64,000 bases of DNA from an uncultured cyanobacterium (lineage in GTDB: Bacteria > Cyanobacteriota > Cyanobacteriia > PCC-6307 > Cyanobiaceae). Position numbers and translations under genes: made by a program. The stretch spans positions 448,001 to 512,000 of the forward strand of contig CAVXWZ010000002.1 of NCBI GenBank assembly GCA_963765575.1, given 5' to 3'. Shown in pieces: positions 21,748 through 32,743 of the stretch. The notes under the pieces were generated by a model. That model did not search any database and was not told where the DNA came from. It saw nothing but the letters and a program-made list of their open reading frames with translations. Position 1 is the stretch's first letter, and every line of letters starts with the position of its first letter.

Positions 21748-22929
21748 ATGCGCTGGATCAGCAACCTGCGCCTGCCCCGCAGCTCCCGCTGCCGCCACGG
21801 CGCCGACCAGCGCTGGCGGCTGGGCGTGGGCGTCGGCGGGGTGATCCAGGTGCTGGAGCCGATCCCGGCCGGCAGCGCCGCCGGCGGCGAGGACTGGGGC
21901 GGCGACTGGCTCAGCCCGGCCGGGGTGGACCTGCAGATCAACGGCGGCCTGGGCCTGGCCTTCCCCGAACTCACCCCCGCCGACCTGCCGAAGCTGATCG
22001 AGCTGCTGGAGCTGCTCTGGCGCGACGGCGTGGAGGCGATCTGCCCCACCCTGGTGACCTGCGGAGTGGAGCCGCTGCGCCAGGCCCTGGACGTGCTGGA
22101 GCAGGCCCGCCGCCAGCACCGCCCCGGCCGCTGCCGTCTGCTGGGGGCCCACCTGGAGGGGCCGTTTCTGAATCCAGCGCGCCGCGGCGCCCACCCGCAG
22201 CAGCACCTGGCAGCCGCGAGCCTGGCGGCACTGGAGCAGCGCATCGCCGGCCTCGAGGATCAGATCGCCCTGGTGACCCTGGCCCCGGAGCTGGAGGGGG
22301 CCGGCGAGCTGATCGCCGTGCTGCGGCGGCGGCGGATCGTGGTGAGCCTGGGCCACAGCGCCGCCAGCGAAACGCAGGCCGCCGCGGCCTTTGCGGCCGG
22401 GGTGAGGATGGTGACCCACAGCTTCAACGCCATGGGCGGGTTGCAGCACCGCGATCCGGGGCCGGTGGCGGCGGCGGTGCTGCGGGGCGATGTGGCCCTG
22501 GGCCTGATCGCCGATGGGGTGCACGTGGCGCCATCGATGGTGCTGCTGCTGCAGCGGCTTGCCCCCGATCAGGTGGTGCTGGTGAGCGATGCGCTCGGCC
22601 CCTACGGCCTGGGCGAAGGCCGCCACCGCTGGGATGAGCGGCTGCTGCTGGTGGCCGATGGCAGCTGCCGGCTCGAGGACGGCACCCTGGCCGGCGTCAC
22701 CCTGCCGTTGCTGGAGGGCGTGAGGCGGCTGGTGGGCTGGGGGGTGCCGGCGGAGCAGGCGATCGCCGCCGCCACCGTGACGCCGCGGCGGGTGCTGGGG
22801 GATGGGCGCGATGGCGCCGCGCTACTCAGGGGGATAGAGCTGAAGGAGACGTTGCGCTGGAGCCAGGGGACAGGCGGCCTGGGCTGGCAGCGGAGCGAGC
22901 AACCCGGCCAGACCGCCGCCTCTGCCTAG
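21748..22929 (+). CDS. nagA: N-acetylglucosamine-6-phosphate deacetylase
   Basis: DLQINGG, HLEGPF, RGAH, THSFNAM, IADGVH, LAG. Confidence 0.9.
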   Translation: MRWISNLRLPRSSRCRHGADQRWRLGVGVGGVIQVLEPIPAGSAAGGEDWGGDWLSPAGVDLQINGGLGLAFPELTPADLPKLIELLELLWRDGVEAICPTLVTCGVEPLRQALDVLEQARRQHRPGRCRLLGAHLEGPFLNPARRGAHPQQHLAAASLAALEQRIAGLEDQIALVTLAPELEGAGELIAVLRRRRIVVSLGHSAASETQAAAAFAAGVRMVTHSFNAMGGLQHRDPGPVAAAVLRGDVALGLIADGVHVAPSMVLLLQRLAPDQVVLVSDALGPYGLGEGRHRWDERLLLVADGSCRLEDGTLAGVTLPLLEGVRRLVGWGVPAEQAIAAATVTPRRVLGDGRDGAALLRGIELKETLRWSQGTGGLGWQRSEQPGQTAASA

Positions 22930-22955
22930 GATCCGCGCCACCACGCCCGCACCCG

Positions 22956-23678
22956 ATGGCTGCCGAGCCGCTGCTCGATTCCCCCCAGACCAAAGCCGCC
23001 GAGAAGCAGGAGGTGAAGGGCTATTTCGAGACCACCGGCTTCGAGCGCTGGAACCGCATCTACAGCGAGTCCGGCGAGGTGAACAAGGTGCAGCGGAACA
23101 TCCGCATCGGGCACCAGAAAACGGTGGACAACGTGCTGGCCTGGCTGCAGGAGCAGGGCAACCTGGGCGAGCGCAGCTTCTGCGATGCCGGCTGCGGCGT
23201 GGGCAGCCTGGCGATCCCCTTGGCCCAACTCGGCGCCGGCTCGATCGCCGCCAGCGATCTGTCCGAGGCGATGGCGAGCGAAGCGCGGCGCCGCGCCGAG
23301 GCAGCGGGCATCGGCGCCGGCCAGCTGCAGTTCAGTGCCTCCGATCTGGAGAGCCTCGAGGGCCGCTACGACACCGTGATCTGCCTGGACGTGTTCATCC
23401 ACTACCCCCAGGCCGCCGCCGAGGAGATGGTGCGCCACCTGGCCGGCATGGCCGAGACGCACCTGATCGTGAGCTTCGCCCCCTACACCCCCCTGCTGGC
23501 GCTGCTCAAGGGCATCGGCCAGCTGTTTCCCGGCCCGAGCAAGACCACCCGCGCCTACACCCTCAAGGAAGACGGCATCGTTGCCGCCGCCGCTGAGGCC
23601 GGGTTCCAGCCCGTGCGCCGCAGCCTCAACCAGGCCCCCTTCTACTTCTCACGGCTGATCGCCTTCGAGCGCGCCTGA
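22956..23678 (+). CDS. chlM: Mg-protoporphyrin IX methyltransferase
   Basis: YFETTGFERW, DAGCGVGSL, CLDVFIHYP, GPSKTTRAY. Confidence 0.95.
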   Translation: MAAEPLLDSPQTKAAEKQEVKGYFETTGFERWNRIYSESGEVNKVQRNIRIGHQKTVDNVLAWLQEQGNLGERSFCDAGCGVGSLAIPLAQLGAGSIAASDLSEAMASEARRRAEAAGIGAGQLQFSASDLESLEGRYDTVICLDVFIHYPQAAAEEMVRHLAGMAETHLIVSFAPYTPLLALLKGIGQLFPGPSKTTRAYTLKEDGIVAAAAEAGFQPVRRSLNQAPFYFSRLIAFERA

Positions 23679-24352
23679 AGGCGCACCACCCTGAAGGTGA
23701 GGTTCAGCCGTTCGCCCCCCACCCGCAATCGGCGCGGCACGGCGTGTTGCCACCACTGCTGGCTGGGGGGCGCCATCAGCAGCAGGTCGCCGTGGGCCAG
23801 CTTGAGGTTGAAGGGAGCGCAGGCCTCGCTGGCTGAGCCGTAGCCGGCCGGCGGCGAGCCGCTGGCGCGGGGACTGGGCCGTGGCCGCAGGCGGAAATCT
23901 CTGGACGCCCCAAGGCTCAAGGAGGCGATCGGCGCGGCCGGATCCAGCTCCGGTTCGTCGTCGGCGTGCCAGCCCATGGCATCGCGGCCGTCGCGGTAGC
24001 GGTTGAGCAGCAGGGAGTTGAAGCGCCAGCCGGTGAGCGCCTCCAGGTCGCGGCGCAGCGCCTCGGCGGCGGGCGACCAGGGCTCGATGGGATTCGCCAG
24101 GCCGCTGTAGCGGTAGCCGCAGCCGGGGTCGGCCATCCAGCAGGTGAGTCTCGGCAGCGGGTGGCGCCGGCCGTAGAGGGTGATCGCCTCCTGTTTCCAG
24201 GGCACTTCGGCCCCCAGCCGCGCCAGCCGCGCCTCGGCCTGCGGCGGCGCCAGCCAGCCCACCAGGTGACGCAGCCGCAGCCCAGGCCGCTCGATCAGCC
24301 CCTCGGCCAGCAGCCCAGCATCCAGGGGCAGTTGGCCGCAGGGTTCAGGCAT
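23642..24352 (-). CDS. AlkB-family 2OG-Fe(II) dioxygenase
   Basis: PRLTCW, FNSLLLNRYRDGRDAMGWHADDE, H..PR, RLNLTFR. Confidence 0.9.
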   Translation of the reverse strand: MPEPCGQLPLDAGLLAEGLIERPGLRLRHLVGWLAPPQAEARLARLGAEVPWKQEAITLYGRRHPLPRLTCWMADPGCGYRYSGLANPIEPWSPAAEALRRDLEALTGWRFNSLLLNRYRDGRDAMGWHADDEPELDPAAPIASLSLGASRDFRLRPRPSPRASGSPPAGYGSASEACAPFNLKLAHGDLLLMAPPSQQWWQHAVPRRLRVGGERLNLTFRVVRLQARSKAISREK

Positions 24353-25469
24353 CGTGCGGACCCTGCAACGCCGCTGGCAGGGGAGCCTCCAGCTGCAGCA
24401 GCCCGCCCTCCGGGGTGGCCAGCCGCAGCCGGTGGGCGTGCAGGCGGTAGCCGCCCTGGCCGGGGAGCACCTCGCCACCGGCATCACCCCCGCTGCGATA
24501 CAGCGGATCCCCCAGCAGCGGCGCCCCGGCCGCGGCGGCGTGGATGCGGATCTGGTGGGGGCGGCCGGACGCAATCGTCACCTCCACCAGCCAGGCCTCA
24601 GCAGCGGGATCTTCAGCACCGCCCCCCGCAGCGCCGCCGGTGCCCCCGCCCGCGCCACCGCGCCTGAGCAGACGCAGGACACTGCGCGCCACCAGGGCGC
24701 GGCAATCCTCCGGCTCCGCCGCGGCCCACACCTGGCCGAGCAGCCGATGGCGCCGGCGGCCGATCGGCGTGGTGAGCTCAAGGCTGCCGCCGGACTGCAG
24801 GGCCAGCACCGGCGAACCGGCAGCGGGGGGCTGGAGCAGGGCGCGGTAGGTCTTGCGGCAGCCGGAGCCGGTGGAGCTGCCAGTGGGGAGGCGAGCTTGG
24901 GCATCGGCGGGTGCGGCCGTGCTCTCGCGCAGCAGGGCGCTGAGCCAGGCCCGCGTGGCGGGGCGGCGGGCGCAGAGCAGCAACCCCGAGGTGAAGCGGC
25001 CGAGGCGGTGCACGGGCCGCGGCAGGCCGCTGGCGCCATCGAGCTGGCCGGCGGCCAGCTGCCGCTCCAGCTGCCGCAGCAGGGTGTGCTCGAGGAACCC
25101 GCCGGCCGGCAGCACCGGCAGGCCGCTGGGCTTGTCGAACGCCACCAGGTCGCCGTCGTCGAACAGGGGGCCGGGCAGGGCCGGCACGGCGGCTTCGTGC
25201 CAGGGGGGCCGATGCCAGCTGAGCCGATCGCCGGCGGCGAGGGCCACATCGGCCCGGAGCTGTTGGCCGTTCCTGCAGATCTCGCCGGCGGCGAGCCGCT
25301 GCCGCCACACGTGCTGATCCGAATGCCGGTAGCGCCCGGCGTAGAAGGCGCTCACCGCCAGGCCAGCGGCCGCGGCAGCGACCCTGTCGCGGTAGCAGTG
25401 GCCGCGGTTGGGGCCACTGGCCAGCCAGCCGGCGGGGGGCGGTGGGCCCGGGGCCCGCTCAGGGGTCAA
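24345..25469 (-). CDS. RluA-family RNA pseudouridine synthase
   Basis: DKPSGLP, VHRLGRFTSG, SGRPHQIRIH, LLGDPLY, LHA. Confidence 0.88.
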   Translation of the reverse strand: MTPERAPGPPPPAGWLASGPNRGHCYRDRVAAAAAGLAVSAFYAGRYRHSDQHVWRQRLAAGEICRNGQQLRADVALAAGDRLSWHRPPWHEAAVPALPGPLFDDGDLVAFDKPSGLPVLPAGGFLEHTLLRQLERQLAAGQLDGASGLPRPVHRLGRFTSGLLLCARRPATRAWLSALLRESTAAPADAQARLPTGSSTGSGCRKTYRALLQPPAAGSPVLALQSGGSLELTTPIGRRRHRLLGQVWAAAEPEDCRALVARSVLRLLRRGGAGGGTGGAAGGGAEDPAAEAWLVEVTIASGRPHQIRIHAAAAGAPLLGDPLYRSGGDAGGEVLPGQGGYRLHAHRLRLATPEGGLLQLEAPLPAALQGPHDA

Positions 25470-25476
25470 GCCGGGC

Positions 25477-26295
25477 TCACTCCACCAGGGCGTTCTCGAG
25501 CGCAAAGCGCACCAGTTCGGTGCGGCTGGAGGTGCCGGTCTTGATGAACAGCCGGCTCACGTATTTCTCCACGTTGCGGATGGAGGTTTCCAGGCGCCGG
25601 GCGATCTCCTTGTTCATCAGCCCCTCGGCCACCAGCTGCAGCACCGACGCCTCCCGCGGCGTGAAGTTGATCTCCGGGGCACCGGGCGGTTTCCTGGCCG
25701 AGCCGCCGGTGGCCAGCAGGGAGCGGATCTCGGTGATCTGGCGGGCCATCTGACCGATGTCGGCATCGGCGAAGCGGGCGGCCTCAGCCAGCAGCCGCTC
25801 CTGACGGCGCACGGCATTGCGCACCCGCGCCACCAGTTCGTCGGGGTCGAAGGGCTTGGGGATGTAGTCGTCGCAACCCGCCTGGTAGCCAGCGATGCGA
25901 TCAGACGTCATGCCCTTGGCGGTGAGAAAGATCACCGGGGTGCCGCCCAGGCGCTCATCGGCACGCAGCTTGCTGAGCAGCCCGTAGCCGTCGCAGCGGG
26001 GCATCATCACGTCGCTGATCACCACATCGGGCAGCAGCTCCTGGGCCTTCTCCCAGCCCTCCTCGCCGTCGGCGGCGGTGGTCACGGCGAAGCCCTCGTC
26101 CTCGAGGTAGGCGGTGACGGCGGCGCGCAGGCCGGGTTCGTCGTCGACCAGCAGCAAGCGCACGGGGACAGGGCTGGCGGCGGCCTCTGGGTTGCCCTCT
26201 GGGTTGCCCTCGGGGCTGTCCGCAGGGCTGCCTGGGGGGGTGGGGCCAGGGGTTCCGTCTGGGGTGCCTTGGGCGGCGGTGGGATCAGTGCTCAT
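25477..26295 (-). CDS. NarL-type response regulator (Ycf29/Rre1-like)
   Basis: LLLVDDE, SDVMMP, FLTAKG, IPKPFDP receiver; LuxR HTH with RNVEKYVSRLF. Confidence 0.9.
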   Translation of the reverse strand: MSTDPTAAQGTPDGTPGPTPPGSPADSPEGNPEGNPEAAASPVPVRLLLVDDEPGLRAAVTAYLEDEGFAVTTAADGEEGWEKAQELLPDVVISDVMMPRCDGYGLLSKLRADERLGGTPVIFLTAKGMTSDRIAGYQAGCDDYIPKPFDPDELVARVRNAVRRQERLLAEAARFADADIGQMARQITEIRSLLATGGSARKPPGAPEINFTPREASVLQLVAEGLMNKEIARRLETSIRNVEKYVSRLFIKTGTSSRTELVRFALENALVE

Positions 26296-26314
26296 CGACC
26301 CAGTCTGCAGAGCG

Positions 26315-26821
26315 TCAACGGGCCCGTCCAGGCAGCACCTCCTCGGATTCGGGCAGGCCGCCGCTGTAGCCCAGCTCCAGGGCCAGCGCACCCAGGCTGG
26401 CGGGGTCGCGGCCCGCCTGCTCGGGATGGCAGACGGCCCACCACACCAGGTGATCGATGCGGTTGGCGGCGGTGACCAGGCCGCCGGGGTTGAGCCGGCG
26501 CACAACCCAGCGGTCGCCCTCCCGGGTCATGCGCATCGGCGCCGCCGGCGAACAGCCCAGGGTGTCGGCGGTGAGCCGCACATCGCTGCCGTGCTGGCGC
26601 CAGAGCTGCACGCGACTGAGGCTGGGGCTGGCGGGATCGACCTTGACCCCATAGACCCCCAGCACCCGGGGGCCCTCCATGCTGGGCCGTTCCTCCAGCA
26701 CCACCAGCCCGGGTGGCCGATCCGGCAGCGACACCTGGGCCAGCGCTGCCGGCGTCAGCAGCATGGACACGAGCGCTGGCAGGGCCAGCAGGCGCCAGGG
26801 CGGCGGGGGGCTTGTCAGCAT
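26315..26821 (-). CDS. Hypothetical exported protein
   Basis: Signal-peptide-like N-terminus (PAALAQ); LNPGG..NRIDHLVWWAVCHPE block; fills gap between genes. Confidence 0.65.
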   Translation of the reverse strand: MLTSPPPPWRLLALPALVSMLLTPAALAQVSLPDRPPGLVVLEERPSMEGPRVLGVYGVKVDPASPSLSRVQLWRQHGSDVRLTADTLGCSPAAPMRMTREGDRWVVRRLNPGGLVTAANRIDHLVWWAVCHPEQAGRDPASLGALALELGYSGGLPESEEVLPGRAR

Positions 26822-26842
26822 GGACCGCAGGCAACCACGGCC

Positions 26843-27997
26843 ATGCTCGCCTACCTCGACCACCAGGCCAGCACCCCCTGTGATGCCGCCGTGCTGGCGG
26901 CGATGGGCCCCTGGTGGAGCGAGCAGTGCGCCAACCCCGCCAGCCGCGGCCACCGGGCCGGGCTGGCCGCGGCCGCCGCCGTGGAGCGGGCCCGCCAGCA
27001 GGTGGCGGCGGCCCTGGGGGCCGAGGCCGGCGGCGTGGTGTTCACCAGCGGCGCCACCGAAGCCAACAACCTGGCACTCAAGGGTGTCGCCGAGGCGGCC
27101 CTGGAACGGGGCGCCGCGCGCCGCACCCTGGTGAGTGTGGTGAGCGAGCACCGGGCGGTGCTGGACCCCCTGCGCTACCTGGAGCGCCATGGCTTTCCGC
27201 TGCGCCTGCTGCCGGTGGATCCAGGTGGCCTGGTGCAGCTGGAAGCCCTGGAGGAGGCCCTCGGCCCCGATGTGCTGCTGCTCAGCGTGATGGCGGCCAA
27301 CAACGAGATCGGCGTGCTGCAACCGCTGGCGGCGATCGCCCGCCTCTGCCGCCAGCGCGGCGTGCTGCTGCACGTGGACGCCGCCCAGGCCGCGGGCCAC
27401 ATCCCCCTGGCGATGGCCGAGCTGGGGGTGGATCTGCTCAGCCTCAGCGGCCACAAGTGCTATGGGCCCAAGGGTGTGGGGGCGCTGCTGGTGCGCGAGG
27501 GGGTGGCCCTGGCTGCCCAGCTGCACGGCGGCGGCCAGGAGCAGGACCGGCGCGCCGGCACCGTGGCGGTGCCCCTGGTGGTGGGGCTGGGGGAAGCCCT
27601 GGAGCGCGCCCTGGCCGACCAGCGGGAGCGGGCGGAGCGGCTCGGCGGCCTGCGCGATCGGCTGCTCCAGGAGCTGCTGGCCCTCGGTGGCCTCACGGTG
27701 AACGGGGCCGCCAGTCCGCGGCTGGCCCACAACCTCAACGTGACCGTGCAGGGCGTGGACGGCGCCGCCCTGCACCGGCTGCTGCGCCGCTCGATCGCCG
27801 TGAGCAGCGGCTCGGCCTGCAGCCAGGGGTCCCCCTCCCACGTGCTGGCGGCCCTGGGCCGCAGCCGGGCCGAGGCCGCCGCCTCGATCCGCTTCGGGCT
27901 GGGGCGCAGCACCAGCGCGGCGGAGATCGAGCTGGCCGTCGCCGCGGTGGCCGAGGCCGTGGCCAGCCTGCGGCAGCTCAGCCCAGCACGGTGGTGA
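26843..27997 (+). CDS. iscS: Cysteine desulfurase (IscS/NifS family)
   Basis: YLDHQASTP, FTSGATEANN, HVDAAQ, SGHKCYGPKG, SSGSACS. Confidence 0.92.
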   Translation: MLAYLDHQASTPCDAAVLAAMGPWWSEQCANPASRGHRAGLAAAAAVERARQQVAAALGAEAGGVVFTSGATEANNLALKGVAEAALERGAARRTLVSVVSEHRAVLDPLRYLERHGFPLRLLPVDPGGLVQLEALEEALGPDVLLLSVMAANNEIGVLQPLAAIARLCRQRGVLLHVDAAQAAGHIPLAMAELGVDLLSLSGHKCYGPKGVGALLVREGVALAAQLHGGGQEQDRRAGTVAVPLVVGLGEALERALADQRERAERLGGLRDRLLQELLALGGLTVNGAASPRLAHNLNVTVQGVDGAALHRLLRRSIAVSSGSACSQGSPSHVLAALGRSRAEAAASIRFGLGRSTSAAEIELAVAAVAEAVASLRQLSPARW

Positions 27998-28529
27998 GCA
28001 CCACGAACCCCACCCCGCCCAGGAGGGCCAGCAGGGCCTGGGCCACCCGGCTCACCAGCATCCCCGCCACCACCGCCAGCCCCACCAGCAGGGAGCGCCG
28101 CAGGCGCAGCAGGCCCAGGGGTCCCAGGGAGGTGGGGGCGCTGCAGAGCTCCCCCAGGGCAGCCCCCAGCAGGGGTCCGCAGAGAGCGCCGAGCAGCGGA
28201 CCGCCGAAGGGCAGCACCGGCAGCAGCCCCAGCAGACCCACCAGCAGCCCCAGCCCGGCACCGATGTAGGCCCAGCGGGTGGCCCGCAGGCGGGCCGGCC
28301 CCAGCACCAGCCCCAGCGCCTCAGCGCCCCAGCCCAGGGCCAGCAGCAGGCAGGCCAGGGCGAAGGGCAGCCAGCCGGCGCTCCAGCCCACCGCCCACAC
28401 CCAAACCCCGGCCCCCAGGGGCAGCAGGGCCAGGCCGGGCAGCAGGGGCAGCAGGGTGCCCGGGATGGCCAGCAGCTGGATCACCAGCGCGATCCACCAG
28501 AAGGCCTCAGGGCCGACGGGGGGCGTCAT
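27978..28529 (-). CDS. DUF456-family membrane protein
   Basis: GTLLPLLPG motif and Gly-rich TM helices. Confidence 0.75.
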   Translation of the reverse strand: MTPPVGPEAFWWIALVIQLLAIPGTLLPLLPGLALLPLGAGVWVWAVGWSAGWLPFALACLLLALGWGAEALGLVLGPARLRATRWAYIGAGLGLLVGLLGLLPVLPFGGPLLGALCGPLLGAALGELCSAPTSLGPLGLLRLRRSLLVGLAVVAGMLVSRVAQALLALLGGVGFVVLTTVLG

Positions 28530-28783
28530 GGCCGGGGCCGGGCCGTGCTCACAGCGCGATGTTCAGGGAATCGACCTGATGATCGCCAATCCGGCGCCCC
28601 TGGGCAGAGGGGGAATCAGCCCATCCGGGGACAGCCCCATGGTCCGAGGCGGTGTGGGGACGGCGTGGGGTGAGTCTGTGCAGGGGTAGGCGTGGTGCGG
28701 CAGCGGTGTTGCCGTTGACGTCAGTTTGTGGCCACGCCTACAGCGGCCGATAGGTTCGGGTCACTCTTTCCATTTCCCTTCGC

Positions 28784-29530
28784 ATGACGGCAGGCCACGG
28801 CAGCACCAGGCTTCGCGTGGGCCAGGCGGTTGAAGACGGCTGGCAGGCCTTCAGCCGCTCCCCCTGGCCCTTCGTGCTCTTTGCCCTGCTGGTGGGGGTG
28901 CTGTCGGCGATCGTCCAGGCCATCGGCAATGCGGGCATCAACGAGGAGGGCGCGTTGCTCGGCGTTGGTGGAGCGATCGCCGCACTCGTCTCCCTGGTGG
29001 GCAGCGCGATCGTGAGTCTCTGGGGCACCACCGGGCTGGTGCGGGGCGCCTGGATGGCGCTGGAGGGCAGGCGGCCGGTGTTCGCCGACTTCAGCCGCTG
29101 GGACGGCGCCGCGGCCAAGCGCCTGTTTGTGCGTCAACTCACCCTGACGCTGGTGATCCTGGTGATTGCCGCGGTCGCGGCGGTGGTGGCCTTCGGGCTG
29201 ATGCAGATCAATGAGCTGCTGATCTGGATCCCGGCCGTGGTGGCCCTGGCGGTGTTCGTCTACCTGGCCGTGAACCAGAAGTTCATCGCCTACGTGGCGC
29301 TGCTGGAACAGCGCGGCCCCGTGGACACCATCGAGCACGGCAGGCAGGTGGTGGATCCCAACTGGTGGAGCGTGGTGCTGCTGCTGATCGTGGAGTCGGC
29401 GATCATGCTCGTGGGCCTGCTGCTCTGCCTGGTGGGGGTGGTGGCCGCCTTCCCGCTCGCCCTGTGCATCTCCACAGCGGCCTACCGCCAGCTGTTCGGC
29501 AGCGAGGACCAGACCGGGCTGGCCAGCTGA
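28784..29530 (+). CDS. Hypothetical integral membrane protein
   Basis: Five to six hydrophobic segments; ends GLLLCLVG..AAYRQL. Confidence 0.75.
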   Translation: MTAGHGSTRLRVGQAVEDGWQAFSRSPWPFVLFALLVGVLSAIVQAIGNAGINEEGALLGVGGAIAALVSLVGSAIVSLWGTTGLVRGAWMALEGRRPVFADFSRWDGAAAKRLFVRQLTLTLVILVIAAVAAVVAFGLMQINELLIWIPAVVALAVFVYLAVNQKFIAYVALLEQRGPVDTIEHGRQVVDPNWWSVVLLLIVESAIMLVGLLLCLVGVVAAFPLALCISTAAYRQLFGSEDQTGLAS

Positions 29531-29556
29531 GCGATCTGGTCTGCTGAGACACCGGC

Positions 29557-30474
29557 TCAGCTGCGCCGGCGGCGGGCCAGACGCCAGCGGGCACTGCGGC
29601 TGCGGGGGTTGCTGGCCTGCTCCTGCTCGTCGGCCTGAACCGCCCTGCGGGTGAGGCGCTCCAGCCGCTCGTCGGCGAGAAAGGCCTGCTTCACCCGCCG
29701 GTCTTCGAGGGAGTGGAAACTGATCACGCCGAACAGGCCCCCAGGCAACAGCCAGTCGGGAGCGTCGGCCAGCAGCCGTTCCAGGGCCCCCAGCTCATCG
29801 TTGACGGCGATGCGCAGGGCCTGAAAGCTGCGGGTGGCGGGATGGATCCGGCCACGGCGGGCCTTGGGGGGATAGCAACCGGCCACCGCATAGGCCAGGG
29901 CCGCGGTGCCGCTGTAGGGGCCATGGGCGGTGAGATCAGCCTTGATGCGGCGCGCGATCCGGCGCGACAGCCGCTCCTCCCCGTAGGCGTAGAGGAGATC
30001 GGCCAGCGCGGTTTCCTCCAGCCGCTCGAGCAGCTCCGCCGCCGTCTCCCCTTGCTCCGGGTTCATGCGCATGTCGAGGGGGCCGTCGTGGCGGAAACTG
30101 AAGCCGCGGCCGGCCACGTCCAGCTGGGGACTGCTCACCCCCAGGTCGGCCAGCACCATCGCCACCGGCTCGCTGGGGCTGAAGGCGGCGAAGTTGGCGG
30201 CCACGATCGTGACGCGATCGCCGAAGCGGGCCAGGTGCTCGGCGGCGGCGGCGCGGGCGCTCGGATCCTGGTCGAGCCCCACCAGGCACAGGCGGGGGTG
30301 GGCCTCGAGCAGCAGGGCGCTGTGGCCGCCGCCGCCGAGGGTGCAGTCGATCAGCAGGCCGCCTTCCGGTCGCTCCGCCAGCAGCTCGGCCAGCGGCGCC
30401 AGGCCCGCCAGCAGCGGCTGGGCCAGCACGGGCCGGTGGTCGAAGGCCTCGGGACTGGCGAGCGCAGTTGCCAT
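29557..30474 (-). CDS. rsmH: 16S rRNA m4C1402 methyltransferase
   Basis: [44 protein letters not shown]. Confidence 0.96.
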   Translation of the reverse strand: MATALASPEAFDHRPVLAQPLLAGLAPLAELLAERPEGGLLIDCTLGGGGHSALLLEAHPRLCLVGLDQDPSARAAAAEHLARFGDRVTIVAANFAAFSPSEPVAMVLADLGVSSPQLDVAGRGFSFRHDGPLDMRMNPEQGETAAELLERLEETALADLLYAYGEERLSRRIARRIKADLTAHGPYSGTAALAYAVAGCYPPKARRGRIHPATRSFQALRIAVNDELGALERLLADAPDWLLPGGLFGVISFHSLEDRRVKQAFLADERLERLTRRAVQADEQEQASNPRSRSARWRLARRRRS

Positions 30475-30658
30475 GGCGCCATCCTGAACCGGCGGGCAGG
30501 GGTCGACGTGAGTCCATACCCACCCTGGCTGGCCCTGGCGGCCAGCGCCCCGTTGCCCCTGCCGTAGTCCCCAGGGGAGCTGTTGGGGCCCCAGGCCCTG
30601 ATCGGCTGGCTCTGCCTTCCTAAGATCCGGCCAACGTTCCGCCCTCGGTGCAGGCCCC

Positions 30659-31843
30659 ATGACCCAGCTGGAGACGCGCACCGAGCCGATGGTGGTCAAC
30701 TTCGGCCCCCATCACCCTTCGATGCACGGGGTGTTGCGGCTGGTGGTGACCCTCGACGGCGAGGACGTGGTGGATTGCGAGCCGGTGATCGGCTACCTGC
30801 ACCGCGGCATGGAGAAGATCGCCGAGAACCGCACGAACATCATGTTCGTGCCCTACGTGAGCCGCATGGACTATGCGGCCGGCATGTTCTACGAGGCGAT
30901 CGTGGTCAATGCCCCCGAACGTCTGGCCGATGTGCCGGTGCCCAAGCGCGCCAGCTACATCCGCGTGTTGATGCTGGAGCTCAACCGCATCGCCAACCAC
31001 CTGCTCTGGCTTGGCCCCTTCCTGGCTGATGTGGGCGCTCAGACGCCCTTCTTCTACATCTTCCGCGAGCGGGAGATGATCTACGACCTCTGGGAAGCAG
31101 CCACGGGCCAGCGGCTGATCAACAACAACTACTTCCGCATCGGTGGCGTGGCGGCCGATCTGCCCTACGGCTGGCTGGATAAATGCCTCGATTTCTGCGA
31201 CTGGTTTGGCCCCAAGATCGATGAATACGAGAAGCTGATCACCAACAACCCGATCTTCCGCAAGCGCATCGAGGGGTTGGGGGTGATCAACCGCGAGCAG
31301 GCGATCAACTGGAGCCTCTCAGGGCCGATGCTGCGCGCTTCGGGGGTGTCCTGGGATCTGCGCAAGGTGGACCACTATGAGTGCTACGACGACTTCGACT
31401 GGTCGGTCGTCACTGCGGAAGAAGGTTGCTGCTTCGCCCGCTACCGCGTGCGCGTGCAGGAAATGCGGGAGTCGCTGAAGATCCTGCGCCAGGCCTGCGC
31501 CATGATTCCCGGCGGCCCCACCGAAAACCTGGAAGCCCGCCGCATGGCCGAGGGCAAAGGCAGCGAGTTTGCCGGCTTCGACTATCAGTATGTGGCCAAG
31601 AAGGTGGCCCCCACCTTCAAGATTCCCGAGGGTGAGCTCTACACCCGCCTGGAATCGGGCAAGGGTGAAATCGGTGTGTTCATCCAGGGCACCAACGACG
31701 TGACGCCGTGGCGGTTCAAGATCCGCGCCGCCGATCAGAACAATCTGCAGATCCTGCCCCACATCCTCAAGGGGCACAAAGTGGCCGACATCATGGCGAT
31801 CCTCGGCTCCATCGACGTGATCATGGGGTCGGTGGATCGATGA
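30659..31843 (+). CDS. ndhH: NDH-1 subunit H (NuoD)
   Basis: [36 protein letters not shown]. Confidence 0.97.
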   Translation: MTQLETRTEPMVVNFGPHHPSMHGVLRLVVTLDGEDVVDCEPVIGYLHRGMEKIAENRTNIMFVPYVSRMDYAAGMFYEAIVVNAPERLADVPVPKRASYIRVLMLELNRIANHLLWLGPFLADVGAQTPFFYIFREREMIYDLWEAATGQRLINNNYFRIGGVAADLPYGWLDKCLDFCDWFGPKIDEYEKLITNNPIFRKRIEGLGVINREQAINWSLSGPMLRASGVSWDLRKVDHYECYDDFDWSVVTAEEGCCFARYRVRVQEMRESLKILRQACAMIPGGPTENLEARRMAEGKGSEFAGFDYQYVAKKVAPTFKIPEGELYTRLESGKGEIGVFIQGTNDVTPWRFKIRAADQNNLQILPHILKGHKVADIMAILGSIDVIMGSVDR

Positions 31844-31856
31844 ACAGCCTGGACCG

Positions 31857-32270
31857 CTGAAGCGCTTTCTGCGCCGCCTCCGGCACGCGGGCTTCCTGCT
31901 GCCGGCAGCGCTCACCGGTTATTTGTGGCTGAAGGGCGGCCATCCCGCCCTGCCCGGCTGGCCCTGTCCGCTGCGAACCCTCACGGGCATCCCCTGTCCC
32001 ACCTGCTTCCTCACCCGCGCCACCAGCCTGGCCCTGCGCGGAGATCTGGGCGGCTCGCTGCACTGGCATGCCTTCGGGCCGCTGGCGGCGGCGGGCCTGG
32101 TGGGCTGGTCGGTGCTGGCGATCCGCCAACGGCGCCTGCTGCCTCGGCCGCTGTCCCGGCCGCTGCCCGGCTGGCCCCTGGCGGCGGTGGCCGTGGGGCT
32201 GCTGGGCTACTGGGTCGTGCGGGTGGTGGTGCAGCAGAGGCTGGGCTGGGACAGCTTCCCAGCGGCCTGA
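31857..32270 (+). CDS. DUF2752-family membrane protein
   Basis: CPLRTLTGIPCPTCFLTRA motif; frame open upstream of ORF-track start 31923, possible CTG start at 31857. Confidence 0.75.
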   Translation: MKRFLRRLRHAGFLLPAALTGYLWLKGGHPALPGWPCPLRTLTGIPCPTCFLTRATSLALRGDLGGSLHWHAFGPLAAAGLVGWSVLAIRQRRLLPRPLSRPLPGWPLAAVAVGLLGYWVVRVVVQQRLGWDSFPAA

Positions 32271-32293
32271 GGCACCCGTGACACCATGGCGCC

Positions 32294-32743
32294 ATGGACC
32301 CCGCCAGCTGGCTGCTGCTCGCACGCACCGTGCGCTTCGGTGACACCGATGCCGCCGGGGTGATGCACTTTCCCCGGCTGCTTGTCTGGTGCCATGAGGC
32401 CTATGAAGAGAGCCTGGAGCGCTTTGGGCTGGCGGCCGCCGAGATCTTTCCCACCCCCGGCCGCACGCCGGCGGTGGCGCTGCCGGTGCTGCACTGCCAG
32501 GCCGACTACCGGGCGCCGCTGGTGTGCGGCGACTGCCTGCAAATCAAGCTGAGGCCAAGGCGCCTCGACCCCGCCAGCTTTGAGCTGCAGTACAGCTTCC
32601 GCAGCGGCGAACGGGAAGCGGCCAAGGCTCTCACCCGCCACCTGGCGATCGAGGCGGCCAGTCGCCGGCGCTGCCCCCTGCCCGCTCCCATCAACCGTTG
32701 GCTGGAGGCTTCAGGGCTGGAGCAGGGGATTCAGCCGCTCTGA
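32294..32743 (+). CDS. Hotdog-fold thioesterase, likely 1,4-dihydroxy-2-naphthoyl-CoA hydrolase
   Basis: RTVRFGDTDAAGVMHF..CHEAYEESL; next to men genes. Confidence 0.85.
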   Translation: MDPASWLLLARTVRFGDTDAAGVMHFPRLLVWCHEAYEESLERFGLAAAEIFPTPGRTPAVALPVLHCQADYRAPLVCGDCLQIKLRPRRLDPASFELQYSFRSGEREAAKALTRHLAIEAASRRRCPLPAPINRWLEASGLEQGIQPL

